NCBI GenBank assembly: GCA_963712585.1
Contig: CAVQIH010000016.1
Location: 140,533 to 204,532, forward strand
Direction: 5' to 3'
DNA length: 64,000 nt
Origin: an uncultured Chloroflexia bacterium
Lineage (GTDB): Bacteria; Chloroflexota; Limnocylindria; Limnocylindrales; CSP1-4
The notes below the pieces were generated by a model. The model saw nothing but the letters and a program-made list of their open reading frames with translations. It made no database searches and was not told where the DNA came from. Shown here one piece after another: positions 30,166-40,011 of this stretch (the stretch's first letter is position 1; every line of letters starts with the position of its first letter). A program made the position numbers and the translations under genes.

Positions 30166-32652
30166 ATGACCCAACCCGATACCCTTCCGCCCGTCGACCT
30201 TCGCGGCCTGACCGACGCGGAGGCCGCCGCCCGGCGCTCTCGGGGCGACGGCAACGACGCTCGACTGCCGACGACGCGCTCCTACGCCCAGATCCTGCGC
30301 GACAACGCCTTCACCTTCATCAACACGGTCCTCTACGGGATCGCCCTCCTGCTGATCGCGCTTGGGCTCTACGGCGACGCGCTGGTGACGGGCGGCCTGG
30401 TCCTCATCAACGTCGTCGTCGGTGTCGCCCAGGAGGTCAGGGCAAAGCGGACCCTGGATCGGCTCGCCCTGCTGACCAGACCCACCGCTACCGTCGTCCG
30501 CGAGGGCGAGCGGCGGACCGGCGATCCGCGCGAGATCGTCCTCGGCGATCTGCTGGTCGTCGGACCGGGCGACCAGATCGTCGTCGACGGGCGGGTCGTC
30601 GCCGGCGGGCGAATCGAGGTGGATGAGTCCTTGCTCACCGGCGAGGCCGAGCTCGTCCCCAAGGATCCCGGCGACCCGCTCCTCTCGGGCAGCTTCTGCG
30701 TCACGGGGAGCGCTACCTACGTGGCCGAGCGAGTCGGCCTCCACAGCTTCGCCAACGAGCTGACGGTCGGAGCACGGGCGTACAAGCAGGAGAAGACGCC
30801 GCTCCAGAAGGACGTCGACGAGGTGATCCGGGCGATGGTCGTCCTCGTGGTCCTCCTGGCGCTGCCGGTCCTCTTCGGGCTGCAGCGCTTCTTCGGAACG
30901 TTGCCCGTCGACGAGACGGTCAGGGCGGCGGCCGTGCTCGTCGCCCTCGTGCCGCAGGGTCTCTCGGTGATGATCACCGTGACCTACGCGCTGGGCGCGG
31001 TCCGAATCGCCTCGGGCGGCGCCCTCGTGCAGCGGCCGAACGCGGTCGAGTCGATGAGCCGAGTCGACACGCTCTGCGTGGACAAGACCGGAACCCTGAC
31101 CACCAACCGCATCGAGCTGCTCGAGACCGTCCCCGTCGGGCTGGCGGCGGACGTGATCACGGCGGTCCTCGGCGAGGTTGTCGCCAGCGCGTCGTCGCGC
31201 AACCGCACCGCCGAGGCGATCGCGGTGGCCTGCCCCGGCCCCCCGAGGCACGTCGGCGAGGAGGTCCCGTTCTCCTCGCAGTGGCGCTGGAGCGGCGTGG
31301 CCCTCATCGACGGGACGCGGCCGGGGACCTACCTGCTCGGTGCTCCCGAAGTGATCGGTCCGGCCCTGGCTCGCGACGACGCCCGGGACGGCACCGTCGA
31401 CCAGACCGTCGCGACCCGGACCGGCGAGGGCCACCGGGTCCTGTTCGTGGCGGAGGCCCCCGAGGGCGCCACGCTGCGCGATGGTGACCGGCCCAGGCTG
31501 CCGGTCGGGCTGCAGCTGCTGGCCGTCCTGACCTTCGCTGAAGAGCTGCGGCCCGACCTCGGCGAGATCATCGCCGGCTTCCGCGCCGCGGGAGTGGCGC
31601 TGAAGGTGATCTCCGGGGACAACCCCCGCACCGTCGCCGCCCTGGCCCGCCGGGTAGGACTCGGCAGCGACGGTGCGGTCGCCTCGGGCCTCGAGCTCGC
31701 CGAGCTCGGCGATGCGGCCCTGGCCGAGGTGGCGGGGGCGACGGCGATCTTCGGGCGGGTCAATCCGGCCCTCAAGGCCCGTCTCGTCGATGCCCTGCGC
31801 CAGAGCGGGCGCTACGTGGCCATGATCGGAGACGGGGTGAACGACGTCCTCTCACTCAAGCGGGCGAATCTCGGCATCGCCATGCAGAGCGGCAGCCAGG
31901 CCACTCGCGGCGTCGCCGACATCGTCCTGATGGGCGATGCGTTCGCAGCGCTGCCGCCGACCGTCGTGGAGGGCCAGCGAATCGTCAGTGGCATGCGCAC
32001 GATCATCCGGCTCTTCCTGGCCCGCACGTTCGCGGTGACCGTCATCGTCGTGGGAGCAGCCTTCCTGGGGCTCGCCTTCCCGCTCACGCCCAAGCACAAC
32101 TCCGTGCTCGCCCTGCTGACCGTAGGGATCCCGACCCTGGCCATCGCCGTCTGGGCTCAGCCCCAGCAGTCGCCGCGTCACCTGCTCGTCGACACCCTGC
32201 GCTTCGCCGTTCCGGCGGCCATCGCCATGGCCCTCGTGGCCCTGCCGTTCTACGCCTGGGAGTTGGCCGATGGCCGCGAGCTCGAGGTCGCTCGCACGGA
32301 GCTGACCACGCTCACGATCCTGTGCGGGCTCCTGCTCATCCCGTTCGCGGTCCCGCCGACGGGTGCCTGGACCGGTGGCTCGAGGCTCAGCGGCGATTGG
32401 CGCCCGACGCTCTTGGCGCTCGGCCTGCTGGGCCTCTACGTCCTGTTCTTCCTCGTGCCCTTGACCCGCGACTTCTTCGGCCTCCGGCACATGCCGGTCG
32501 CGGACCTCGCGGTCATCGTGGTGGTAGCCCTGGGATGGACGGTAGGCCTGCGCTTCGCCTGGCGGGCGACGCTGTTCGAGCGGGTCGTCGGGTTCATTGG
32601 AGGCGCCTGGGCCAGGCGGACCTTCCACCTCCAGGACCGTTCGCGTGGCTGA
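30166..32652 (+). CDS. Cation-translocating P-type ATPase (HAD superfamily, P2-like)
   Basis: 828 aa. TGEAELV (actuator), phosphorylation site CVDKTGTLTTN, hinge MIGDGVNDVLSLKRANLGIAM, and about 10 TM helices. Confidence 0.9.
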   Translation: MTQPDTLPPVDLRGLTDAEAAARRSRGDGNDARLPTTRSYAQILRDNAFTFINTVLYGIALLLIALGLYGDALVTGGLVLINVVVGVAQEVRAKRTLDRLALLTRPTATVVREGERRTGDPREIVLGDLLVVGPGDQIVVDGRVVAGGRIEVDESLLTGEAELVPKDPGDPLLSGSFCVTGSATYVAERVGLHSFANELTVGARAYKQEKTPLQKDVDEVIRAMVVLVVLLALPVLFGLQRFFGTLPVDETVRAAAVLVALVPQGLSVMITVTYALGAVRIASGGALVQRPNAVESMSRVDTLCVDKTGTLTTNRIELLETVPVGLAADVITAVLGEVVASASSRNRTAEAIAVACPGPPRHVGEEVPFSSQWRWSGVALIDGTRPGTYLLGAPEVIGPALARDDARDGTVDQTVATRTGEGHRVLFVAEAPEGATLRDGDRPRLPVGLQLLAVLTFAEELRPDLGEIIAGFRAAGVALKVISGDNPRTVAALARRVGLGSDGAVASGLELAELGDAALAEVAGATAIFGRVNPALKARLVDALRQSGRYVAMIGDGVNDVLSLKRANLGIAMQSGSQATRGVADIVLMGDAFAALPPTVVEGQRIVSGMRTIIRLFLARTFAVTVIVVGAAFLGLAFPLTPKHNSVLALLTVGIPTLAIAVWAQPQQSPRHLLVDTLRFAVPAAIAMALVALPFYAWELADGRELEVARTELTTLTILCGLLLIPFAVPPTGAWTGGSRLSGDWRPTLLALGLLGLYVLFFLVPLTRDFFGLRHMPVADLAVIVVVALGWTVGLRFAWRATLFERVVGFIGGAWARRTFHLQDRSRG

Positions 32653-33232
32653 CCCCGGGCCGCTCGAGGTGGACTGGCTCGACGGGCTCGATCAGCCGAC
32701 CCCGGGTCGGCTGGGAATGTCCATGCTGCCCGGCCGCAAGGGCAACTCATTCCACGCACCCCCACTCCGCCACGAGCGCAGCCTCGTGGTCGACCTGCGT
32801 CGCCTTCGCCAGCTCGGCGTGGTTCGCCTCGTCCTCCTCGTCGAGAACCGGGAGCTCGAGGACAACCAGATCACGGACGTGATGACGTTGGCGCCGCAGT
32901 TCGGCATCCGGGTCATCCGGCGCCCGATTCGGGACCTCGACGTGCCCGACTCGCCCGGCTGGATGGATGAGATCCTGCGACGGATCGCGGAGGCGCTCGG
33001 CATCGGGAACGTCGTGGTCGCCTGTCTGGGTGGGTACGGCCGGACCGGGACCGTCGTCGCCTGCGCGCTCGTGGCTCGCGGCTGGGATCCCGACCTCGCG
33101 ATCGCCGAGGTTCGTCGGAAGCGCGGCCCCTATGCGGTGGAAACCGTCCACCAGGAGGCGTTCGTGCGCGCCTATGCGGCTCATCGAGCGGCCGTCCTCG
33201 AGGGGTCGGCGAGCGAGGGCCCGGGCGACTGA
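32645..33232 (+). CDS. Cysteine-dependent protein phosphatase (CX5R; dual-specificity/CDKN3-like fold)
   Basis: P-loop VVACLGGYGRTGTVVACAL (C-x5-R). The conserved N-terminal stretch PLEVDWLD...GRLGMSMLPGRKG requires a start upstream of ATG 32717. In-frame GTG at 32645 overlaps the ATPase stop (32650-32652). Confidence 0.65.
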   Translation: MADPGPLEVDWLDGLDQPTPGRLGMSMLPGRKGNSFHAPPLRHERSLVVDLRRLRQLGVVRLVLLVENRELEDNQITDVMTLAPQFGIRVIRRPIRDLDVPDSPGWMDEILRRIAEALGIGNVVVACLGGYGRTGTVVACALVARGWDPDLAIAEVRRKRGPYAVETVHQEAFVRAYAAHRAAVLEGSASEGPGD

Positions 33233-33271
33233 CCATGCCGGAGGCGGCGCGGGCCGTCGCCGGTCTCGGTC

Positions 33272-34159
33272 CTAGCCGGTCGGGCAACCGCTTTCGTCGG
33301 GCAGGAGCGGTCGGAGCCCGATCTGGTAGGTCCTGCCTTCGCTGGCCCAGAAGGTCAGCTGGTTCGCCTTCTCGAGGATGGGTCGGAGGGTCGCCAGGTC
33401 ATCGCCCGACACCACCGCGCAGCGGGCGCCTTCGCCGCGTCCGACGAGCGGCTGCCCGATGCCGGCGAGCGGGGCAAGCGGCCAGTCGACGAAGGTCGGC
33501 GGCACGTCACCCTCTGGCCCGGGTTCAGCCGGCGTGGCCAGGATTCGCAGCGAGGTGAAGGTGTAGGCCTCGTCGGCGCTGAGAACGTCGGCGCCGAGCC
33601 AGCTCCGCAGGTCGCCGAGCTGCTGCTCGAAGGCCAGGAGGGCGTCTCGGGCGGCCTTGTCGGCCGCGGGAATGCCGCTCGAGTCGATCGCTTCGGCGAG
33701 TGCATAAGCGCTGATCTCGTGGCGGGCCCCATCGGCGACCACGATGAACGTGGTCGTTGCGGCATCGGCGATGCCGGGGAAGTCGATGTGGCGGTCTGGA
33801 CCGAAGAGGCCGGCCGTCCTGGCCGTCTCGAGGATCCGCTGCAGGCCGGCCTCGGAGACGCGGAACGCCTGGAGGTTCGGGAGCGCCGGCCCGGGGAAGA
33901 TCATGATCTGCGGCCCCTCGACGATGACGCGGCCGTCGCCGAAGATCGAGACGATCGGGAGGCGGGTGAGCAGGTAGCCCGGGGCGACGAAGCCGCCGTC
34001 GAGCTGGATCCGCACGATCAGCTCGTCGGCGCCGGTCGGATGGGCGATGCCGGTCGGGGTCGGGGATGCCTCGCCGGGGGAGGCTGTGCCCGCGCCGGAG
34101 GCGCAGGCGCTGACGAGAATGGTGATGCCGACGATCGTGGCGGTGATGCTGCGTTTCAT
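33272..34159 (-). CDS. Putative lipoprotein, function unknown
   Basis: MKRSITATIVGITILVSACASG, a signal peptide with lipobox LVSAC. ATG at 34159 lies within the longer ORF that runs to 34204. Confidence 0.6.
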   Translation of the reverse strand: MKRSITATIVGITILVSACASGAGTASPGEASPTPTGIAHPTGADELIVRIQLDGGFVAPGYLLTRLPIVSIFGDGRVIVEGPQIMIFPGPALPNLQAFRVSEAGLQRILETARTAGLFGPDRHIDFPGIADAATTTFIVVADGARHEISAYALAEAIDSSGIPAADKAARDALLAFEQQLGDLRSWLGADVLSADEAYTFTSLRILATPAEPGPEGDVPPTFVDWPLAPLAGIGQPLVGRGEGARCAVVSGDDLATLRPILEKANQLTFWASEGRTYQIGLRPLLPDESGCPTG

Positions 34160-34274
34160 GTCACGCCAGACGGTGGGTTGAACCGACGGGTTCCATGATC
34201 GCACCGGAAGCAGGTCTGGGCAGGGGTGTACTGGCTACGATGGTGGACGGCAGGGAATGGCTTCAGGTGAGGCG

Positions 34275-35510
34275 ATGACGATCGAGATCCGGCCCGTTGC
34301 CCCCGACGAGTCGCGGGCGTTCTTCACCTGTGTCGAGCTGTCGTTCGGCTCGGGGTACCACGAGGCCGACATCGAGGTCGACCGGCGGTTCTACGACCAC
34401 GAGCGGCTGCTTGCCGCGGTCGAGGACGGCCGGATCGTCGGGACGGCTGGCGCGCTCAGCTTCCAGCTCACCGTGCCGGGTGCGTCGGTGCCCGCCGCGG
34501 GGGTGACCCTGGTCGGGGTGAGCCCGAGCCACCGCCGCCAGGGGATCTTGACGCGACTCATGCGGCGGCAGATCGACGACGTCCATGAGCGGGGCGAACC
34601 GCTGGCCATCCTCTGGGCATCGGAGGCGGCGATCTACGGTCGCTACGGGTATGGGCTCACGACCATCTCGACGAGCTTCGAGATGGATCGCGTCCGGGCC
34701 GTCTTCCGCCTCCCGGTGGCCACAACCGGGCGGATCAGCGTGGTCGGGCGCGACGAGGCGCTGGCGGCGTTCCCTTCGGTCTACGACGAGATCGCCCGGC
34801 GGACGCCGGGCTTCTTCACCCGAACGCCGTCCTTCTGGGGCGATGGGGTGATCGCCGATCCGGAGCATCGGCGTGGGGGCGCCGGTCCCAAGTTCTTCGT
34901 CCTCCTCGAACGGGACGGCCGAGCGGAGGGCTACCTCATCTACCGGATCCAGCAGGAGTGGGACGAGCGTGGCCCCCGGAGCGTGGCCATCGTCCGCGAA
35001 CTCATGGCAACCACCCCCGACGCAACCGCGCGACTCTGGCGGTGGGTCTTCGACCTGGATCTGGTCGGTCCGGTGAAAGCAGCCCACCAGGCCGTGGATC
35101 ATCCGCTCCTGCTCCTTCTGACCGAACCCCGCCGGCTCGGGCTGATGATCGGTGATGGGCTCTTCGCCCGCCTGGTCGACTTGCCCGCAGCGCTGGCCGG
35201 ACGGACCTATGCCGGTGATGGCGAGCTCGTCCTCGAGGTGATCGACGCCTTCTGTCCATGGAACGCCGGTCGCTGGCGGCTCGCCGCCGAGCGCGACGGG
35301 GAGGCGTTCCGCGGTCGCGCCGAGCGAACCTCAGAAGAGGCTGACCTGGCGATCGGCGTGGAAGAGCTCGGGATGCTCTACCTCGGCGGCTTCACCATCG
35401 GCCGGCTGGCGGCTGCCGGCCGAGTCGTGGAACTGCGACCTGGCGCGGCAGCGGCCGCTGAGGCGCTCCTGCGCACCCCGATCGCGCCGTGGTGCCCGGC
35501 GGTGTTCTGA
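34275..35510 (+). CDS. GNAT-family N-acetyltransferase, Eis-like (GNAT plus SCP2-like C-terminal domain)
   Basis: ATG at 34275 is preceded by AGGTGAGG. The acetyl-CoA motif VGVSPSHRRQGILTRLMRRQI, the ~410 aa length and the C-terminal region resemble the enhanced-intracellular-survival family. Confidence 0.75.
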   Translation: MTIEIRPVAPDESRAFFTCVELSFGSGYHEADIEVDRRFYDHERLLAAVEDGRIVGTAGALSFQLTVPGASVPAAGVTLVGVSPSHRRQGILTRLMRRQIDDVHERGEPLAILWASEAAIYGRYGYGLTTISTSFEMDRVRAVFRLPVATTGRISVVGRDEALAAFPSVYDEIARRTPGFFTRTPSFWGDGVIADPEHRRGGAGPKFFVLLERDGRAEGYLIYRIQQEWDERGPRSVAIVRELMATTPDATARLWRWVFDLDLVGPVKAAHQAVDHPLLLLLTEPRRLGLMIGDGLFARLVDLPAALAGRTYAGDGELVLEVIDAFCPWNAGRWRLAAERDGEAFRGRAERTSEEADLAIGVEELGMLYLGGFTIGRLAAAGRVVELRPGAAAAAEALLRTPIAPWCPAVF

Positions 35511-35543
35511 CGCCTCCGGATCGAGCGGCCCGTCCCCGCCCGG

Positions 35544-36449
35544 CTAGGGAGTCGGGGAGGGGCTGACCATCGGGGCGGCGCTCGCGCCGCTCGGGACGGC
35601 CGGCACGCCAGATGGCCCCGGCGTCTCCGAAGGGTGGGGCACGGCGACCCGATCGATCGCTGCCTCGATCGGCTCCCAGGTCGCGAAGCCGGTGATGGTC
35701 TGGGTGCCGCCGGGGCCGCTGATTCGCAGCGTCGGCGTGGACTCGACGCCGTTCGCCCTGCCGGCGGCGGTTTCCGCTTGAACAGCGGCGGCCACCGTCG
35801 GGTCGGCCACGCACGCCGCGAAGGTTACGCCCTCGATCCCGGCGACGTTGGCGATCCCCGCCAGATTCGCCGCACTGAACGTGCCCTGGTTCTCGCCCTG
35901 CTGGGTCGCGAACAGCAGGTCGTGGTAGCGCCAGTAGGCGCCTTGCTGCCCGGCGCATCGGGCGGCAACGGCCGCGTCGATCGACTCTTGGCCTAGGAAC
36001 GCGAAGTCGCGATAGGTGAGGCTGGCCTCCCCCGGGGCGATTCGCTCACGGATCAGAGCCGGCTCGATCGCCTTGGCCAGCAGACCGCAATACGGGCACT
36101 GGTAGTCGGACCAGAGCTCGATGGTGATGAGGGCATCCTGGTCCCCCAGGACATTGCCCTTGCCGGCGAGCGTTCGGGAGGTGTCGGCGGGTGTGGCGGT
36201 CGGGGCCGGAGAGGCGACGACGCTCGCTCCCGGCAACCGGAGCTGGCTACCTGAGAGGGCCAGCACGACCGCCGTCAGCGCTCCGCCGGCGAGGACGGCG
36301 ACGAGGTAGCGGACGAGGCGGGGGGCGCGCTCTGAAGCCGCTTCGACCGCGCCTCGCCCGTCGCTGGGCAGGCCGACCACCGGCTCGACCGGCATCGCCA
36401 CGACGGGACCCTCGTCGGGGTGCGGCCCGTTGCCGTCATCATCGTTCAT
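35544..36449 (-). CDS. Membrane-anchored DsbA-family thiol:disulfide oxidoreductase
   Basis: ATG at 36449 is preceded by GAGGAG. One TM helix (LVRYLVAVLAGGALTAVVLAL). Thioredoxin-fold active site WSDYQCPYCG. Confidence 0.75.
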   Translation of the reverse strand: MNDDDGNGPHPDEGPVVAMPVEPVVGLPSDGRGAVEAASERAPRLVRYLVAVLAGGALTAVVLALSGSQLRLPGASVVASPAPTATPADTSRTLAGKGNVLGDQDALITIELWSDYQCPYCGLLAKAIEPALIRERIAPGEASLTYRDFAFLGQESIDAAVAARCAGQQGAYWRYHDLLFATQQGENQGTFSAANLAGIANVAGIEGVTFAACVADPTVAAAVQAETAAGRANGVESTPTLRISGPGGTQTITGFATWEPIEAAIDRVAVPHPSETPGPSGVPAVPSGASAAPMVSPSPTP

Positions 36450-36648
36450 GGGTCTCCTCGGGCGCCGCCTACGTCCTGGCGTGGGCGACCTCGCCATTGT
36501 CGCCCAACTCGGGCGCAGGGGCCGCCCGGTTCGGGTGCATCCTGTACGGTGGGGAGACCTCCGGCTGTCGATTCCCAGTCTCCCGAATCGTCGATAAGGT
36601 AGGCCCGGTGCCGAGCGGCACCCCAGCGACGCTCCGAGGAGAGACCAC

Positions 36649-37041
36649 ATGCGCTACCTGCTGCTGATCTACACGCCCGAGGAGGACTCGCAAGCGCCGC
36701 CCGATCCCGCCGCGTCGAAGCAGATGATGGATGCCTACAACGCCTTCACCGCGGAGTGCGCGGAACGTGGAGTGCTGCGTGGCGGCGAGGCGCTCGCGAC
36801 ATCGGCGAGTGCGACCACGGTCCGCTTGCGCGAGGGGCGAACGCTGGTCACGGACGGGCCGTTTGCGGAGACCAAGGAGCAGCTCGGCGGGTACTACGTG
36901 CTCGATTGCCGCGACCTCGATGAGGCTCTCGAGCTGGCCGCGCGGGTCCCGGGCGGGGCGCTGGGCGCCATCGAGATCCGGCCGATCTGGGAGATCCCGG
37001 CCGAGTACTCGGGGACGGCGGATCGGCGCGCGGCCGGCTGA
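36649..37041 (+). CDS. YciI-family (DGPF-domain) protein
   Basis: ATG is preceded by [14 protein letters not shown]..., [34 protein letters not shown]. Confidence 0.8.
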   Translation: MRYLLLIYTPEEDSQAPPDPAASKQMMDAYNAFTAECAERGVLRGGEALATSASATTVRLREGRTLVTDGPFAETKEQLGGYYVLDCRDLDEALELAARVPGGALGAIEIRPIWEIPAEYSGTADRRAAG

Positions 37042-37054
37042 CGGTCTTCCGCGC

Positions 37055-38434
37055 GTGGACGATGTCCGCAACCAGCTCTCCGGTTCGGAGCGGGGAGCGC
37101 CGCCGGGCAGCCGCGACCAGGCCCGGGCGGCCGCAGAGGCGGCCTTCCGGGCGGACGCGGGACGAACGGTCGCCTCGCTCATCCGCCTGGTGGGCGATTT
37201 CGACCTCGCCGAGGACGCGCTCCAGGAGGCGTTCGTGGCCGCGCTGGAGCGCTGGCCCCTGGACGGCATCCCGGACCGCCCCGCAGCCTGGATCGCAACG
37301 ACCGCCCGCCATCGCGCGATCGACCGCGTGCGGCGGAGTCGGAGGCTGGCCGACAAGGAGGAGGTCCTGCGGCGCCTGGCCGAAGTCGCCGAGGCCGGTT
37401 GGGCGGCCGGCGCCAGCGGTTCCGGGCCCGGTCCGGTCGCGACCGGCGGGCACGACGCGATCCAGACCGCAGCTGACGGAGGTTCGGCAGTGGACGCCCT
37501 CGCCGACGATCGGCTTCGCCTGATCTTCACCTGCTGCCACCCGGCCCTGGCGATCGAGGCTCGGGTCGCTCTCACCCTGCGGACGCTGGGGGGCTTGCGG
37601 ACCGACGAGATCGCCCGCGCGTTCCTCATTCCCGAGCCAACCCTCGCCCAGCGGCTCGTCCGAGCCAAGCGCAAGGTCCGCGATGCCGGCATCCCATACC
37701 GGGTGCCAGCGGACGACCAGCTCCCGGCGCGCCTCGACGGCGTGCTGGCGGTCATCTACCTGGTGTTCAACGAGGGCTACGATGCGACGGCCGGCGAGCG
37801 GCTGGTCCGGCGCGACCTCTGCGCCGAGGCGATCCGCCTTGTGCGCGTCCTGGCGGACCTCATGCCCGACGAGCCCGAGGTGCTCGGTCTGTTGGCGCTG
37901 ATGCTCCTCCACGACGCCAGGCGCGACGCCCGTCAAACGCCGGCGGGCGACCTCGTGCTCCTGGCCGATCAGGATCGTGGCCTGTGGGACCACGAGGCGA
38001 TCGCGGTTGGGCGCCAGATCCTCGAGCGTGCCCTGCGCATGCGGCGACCGGGCCGCTTCCAGGTCCAGGCTGCGATCGCCGCCGTTCACGCCGACTCGGC
38101 CGCGTCCGGCGAGACGGACTGGACGGAGATCGTGGGTCTCTACGACCAGCTGCTTCGCCTCGACGCGTCACCGGTGGTCGCGCTCAATCGGGCCGTTGCG
38201 ATCGCCATGCGCGACGGTCCCGCCGCGGGGCTGACCCTCGTGGAGGGGCTCGGGTCGGTGGGCGGCCTCACCGACTACCACCTCTACCACGCCGCTCGGG
38301 CGGATCTCCTGCGACGCCTGGGTCGGCGGCTGGAGGCGGCCGAGGCGTACGGCGCGGCGCTGGCACTCGCCAGCAACGACCCCGAGCGGCGCTTCCTCCG
38401 GCGTCGCATCACGGAGGTCGGCGGGCAGCCCTGA
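37055..38434 (+). CDS. ECF-type sigma-70 family sigma factor with long C-terminal (TPR-like) extension
   Basis: Region 2: [45 protein letters not shown]. Region 4: [52 protein letters not shown]. Its position next to a YciI gene is the usual pairing. The start is uncertain: GTG at 37055 is in frame, and the ORF is open from 36731. Confidence 0.75.
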   Translation: MDDVRNQLSGSERGAPPGSRDQARAAAEAAFRADAGRTVASLIRLVGDFDLAEDALQEAFVAALERWPLDGIPDRPAAWIATTARHRAIDRVRRSRRLADKEEVLRRLAEVAEAGWAAGASGSGPGPVATGGHDAIQTAADGGSAVDALADDRLRLIFTCCHPALAIEARVALTLRTLGGLRTDEIARAFLIPEPTLAQRLVRAKRKVRDAGIPYRVPADDQLPARLDGVLAVIYLVFNEGYDATAGERLVRRDLCAEAIRLVRVLADLMPDEPEVLGLLALMLLHDARRDARQTPAGDLVLLADQDRGLWDHEAIAVGRQILERALRMRRPGRFQVQAAIAAVHADSAASGETDWTEIVGLYDQLLRLDASPVVALNRAVAIAMRDGPAAGLTLVEGLGSVGGLTDYHLYHAARADLLRRLGRRLEAAEAYGAALALASNDPERRFLRRRITEVGGQP

Positions 38435-38496
38435 GCCGGTCAGGGGTCGGCGCACGAAGGGTCCGCCGTCCGGCTCGCCGGCGCCTGGGTCGCCGG

Positions 38497-39819
38497 TCAG
38501 CTGACTGAGACGATCCGGTAGTGCACCTCGCCCCGCGGCGTGCGGACGAGAACCTCGTCTCCGGCGGCGTGGCCAATCAGGGCCCGGCCGATAGGCGAGC
38601 CATCCGAGATCCGCCGCGCGTTCGGATCGGCCTCGGCCGAGCCGACCACCGTGTAGGACTCCTCGTCGCCGTCCACCTCGACGACCACCGTGGAGCCAAG
38701 GCTGACCAGGTGATTGCGCTCCAGGTCGTCGATGACGACCGCGTTCCGAAGGAGATCCTCAATCGTCCGAATCCGGCCCTCTGCGAACGACTGCTCGCGC
38801 CGGGCCGACTCGTAGTCGGCGTTCTCGCTCAGATCGCCGAGCTCGCGGGCGGCCTTGATGCGGGCGATGATCTCCGGTCGGCGGCCCCCAACGAGCTCGG
38901 CGAGCTCGGCCTGGAGCGCCGCGATCCCCGCCGCGGAGAGGTAGGTTGGCTCGGGCTTGGGCGGCATGGCCGCCGCCGAGGGGGTCCGCGATCGGGCTGG
39001 CTCGCGATCAGCGGCTGGCCCATCCGGCCGCCGGGCAGCAGTTCGAGGGGTGTTCGTGCGAGCCGAGGGCGAGCCGATCCCTCTCGAGCCCGTGCGCGGG
39101 GCGTTCGCCCGGGCTGCCGCCGATCCGCGGCCGGCCGACCGCTCGATCCGCGACGTGCCGGCCCGGTCGATCGACCAGTCGAGCCCGGGTGGCGAGGCCG
39201 ACACGACCTCGGCCGCCGGCTCGGGGAGCTCGGCGCCGCTGATCCCGTGCGTGCGACGGGTGCCGAGGGCATCCTGGAGGTTCGCGAACGGCAGCACGAG
39301 CGACGGGCCGGGCAACTCGGCCCCGGCCCGACCGACCGCCTCGGCAAAAGCGCTCAGGATCGCGTCGAGGTACTCCTCGGGGGCGTCCGTCTCGGCCCAC
39401 CAGATCCGCAGCCGATCGACCCCGGAGAGCGTCTTCAGCCAGTTCGCGCCGGAGAAGGGGCGCCGGTCGCCAAGCGGCGTCTTAACGATGGCGGCCACTT
39501 TGGCCCCGATCGATTGGGTCGACATGCCCGCGTAGAGCACGACCTGGTCGGGGATCCAGTAACCTGCCAGGCGAGCGGCGAGCTGAGTCCCCGTCGGCCG
39601 CTGGCCGTCCAGGGTGAGCGCCGGAACCCGGCGGATCCAATCGCCGATCGCGCCCATGTCGATCGGCGGCCGGGCCATCGGTGTCGGGAGCTCGATCAGG
39701 AAGACCCCAGGACGCGACTCGCGAACCGGCCGGCCCCAGACGACCGGACCGTCCGCCAGCAGACCGACGCTGCGCAGGAGCTCGGAGGCGCTCGTGCGAC
39801 GCGCCGATGGAGCAGGCAT
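38497..39819 (-). CDS. greA: Single ORF joining an N-terminal GIY-YIG-like domain, an Arg/Ala/Pro-rich linker and a complete GreA transcript-cleavage factor
   Basis: C-terminal 157 aa is GreA: YLSAAGIAALQAELAELVGGRRPEIIARIKAARELGDLSENADYESARREQSFAEGRIRTIEDLL ... ISDGSPIGRALIGHAAGDEVLVRTPRG. N-terminal ~230 aa: PGVFLIEL ... VVLYAGMSTQSIGAKV ... GANWLKTL ... LRIWWAE ... EEYLDAILSAF ... LPFANL. There is no stop between the parts. An internal ATG at 38967 would give a stand-alone GreA. Confidence 0.7.
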   Translation of the reverse strand: MPAPSARRTSASELLRSVGLLADGPVVWGRPVRESRPGVFLIELPTPMARPPIDMGAIGDWIRRVPALTLDGQRPTGTQLAARLAGYWIPDQVVLYAGMSTQSIGAKVAAIVKTPLGDRRPFSGANWLKTLSGVDRLRIWWAETDAPEEYLDAILSAFAEAVGRAGAELPGPSLVLPFANLQDALGTRRTHGISGAELPEPAAEVVSASPPGLDWSIDRAGTSRIERSAGRGSAAARANAPRTGSRGIGSPSARTNTPRTAARRPDGPAADREPARSRTPSAAAMPPKPEPTYLSAAGIAALQAELAELVGGRRPEIIARIKAARELGDLSENADYESARREQSFAEGRIRTIEDLLRNAVVIDDLERNHLVSLGSTVVVEVDGDEESYTVVGSAEADPNARRISDGSPIGRALIGHAAGDEVLVRTPRGEVHYRIVSVS

Positions 39820-40011
39820 GGGCGAACCGTGAGGCTCAGAAGTCCGGCTGTCAAACGGCAGCCGGTCGGACGCGGTGCCACGGGAGTGACCTCCCGCGTC
39901 GCTCGAGGCCCTGGGCGGGCGGCGACGAGGATTCCTCGTGCGCAACGCTCCGATCATGGGCATGATGTTCGGCGGTAGTGACGCTGCACAGAGCGCAGGA
40001 GGTGCGCGGCG

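Noticed and set aside
36731-37054. N-terminal extension of the sigma-factor ORF overlapping the YciI gene
   Set aside because: The extension reads through yciI in another frame and has junk-like composition. Sigma region 2 begins well downstream. GTG 37055, after the yciI stop, is the more sensible start.
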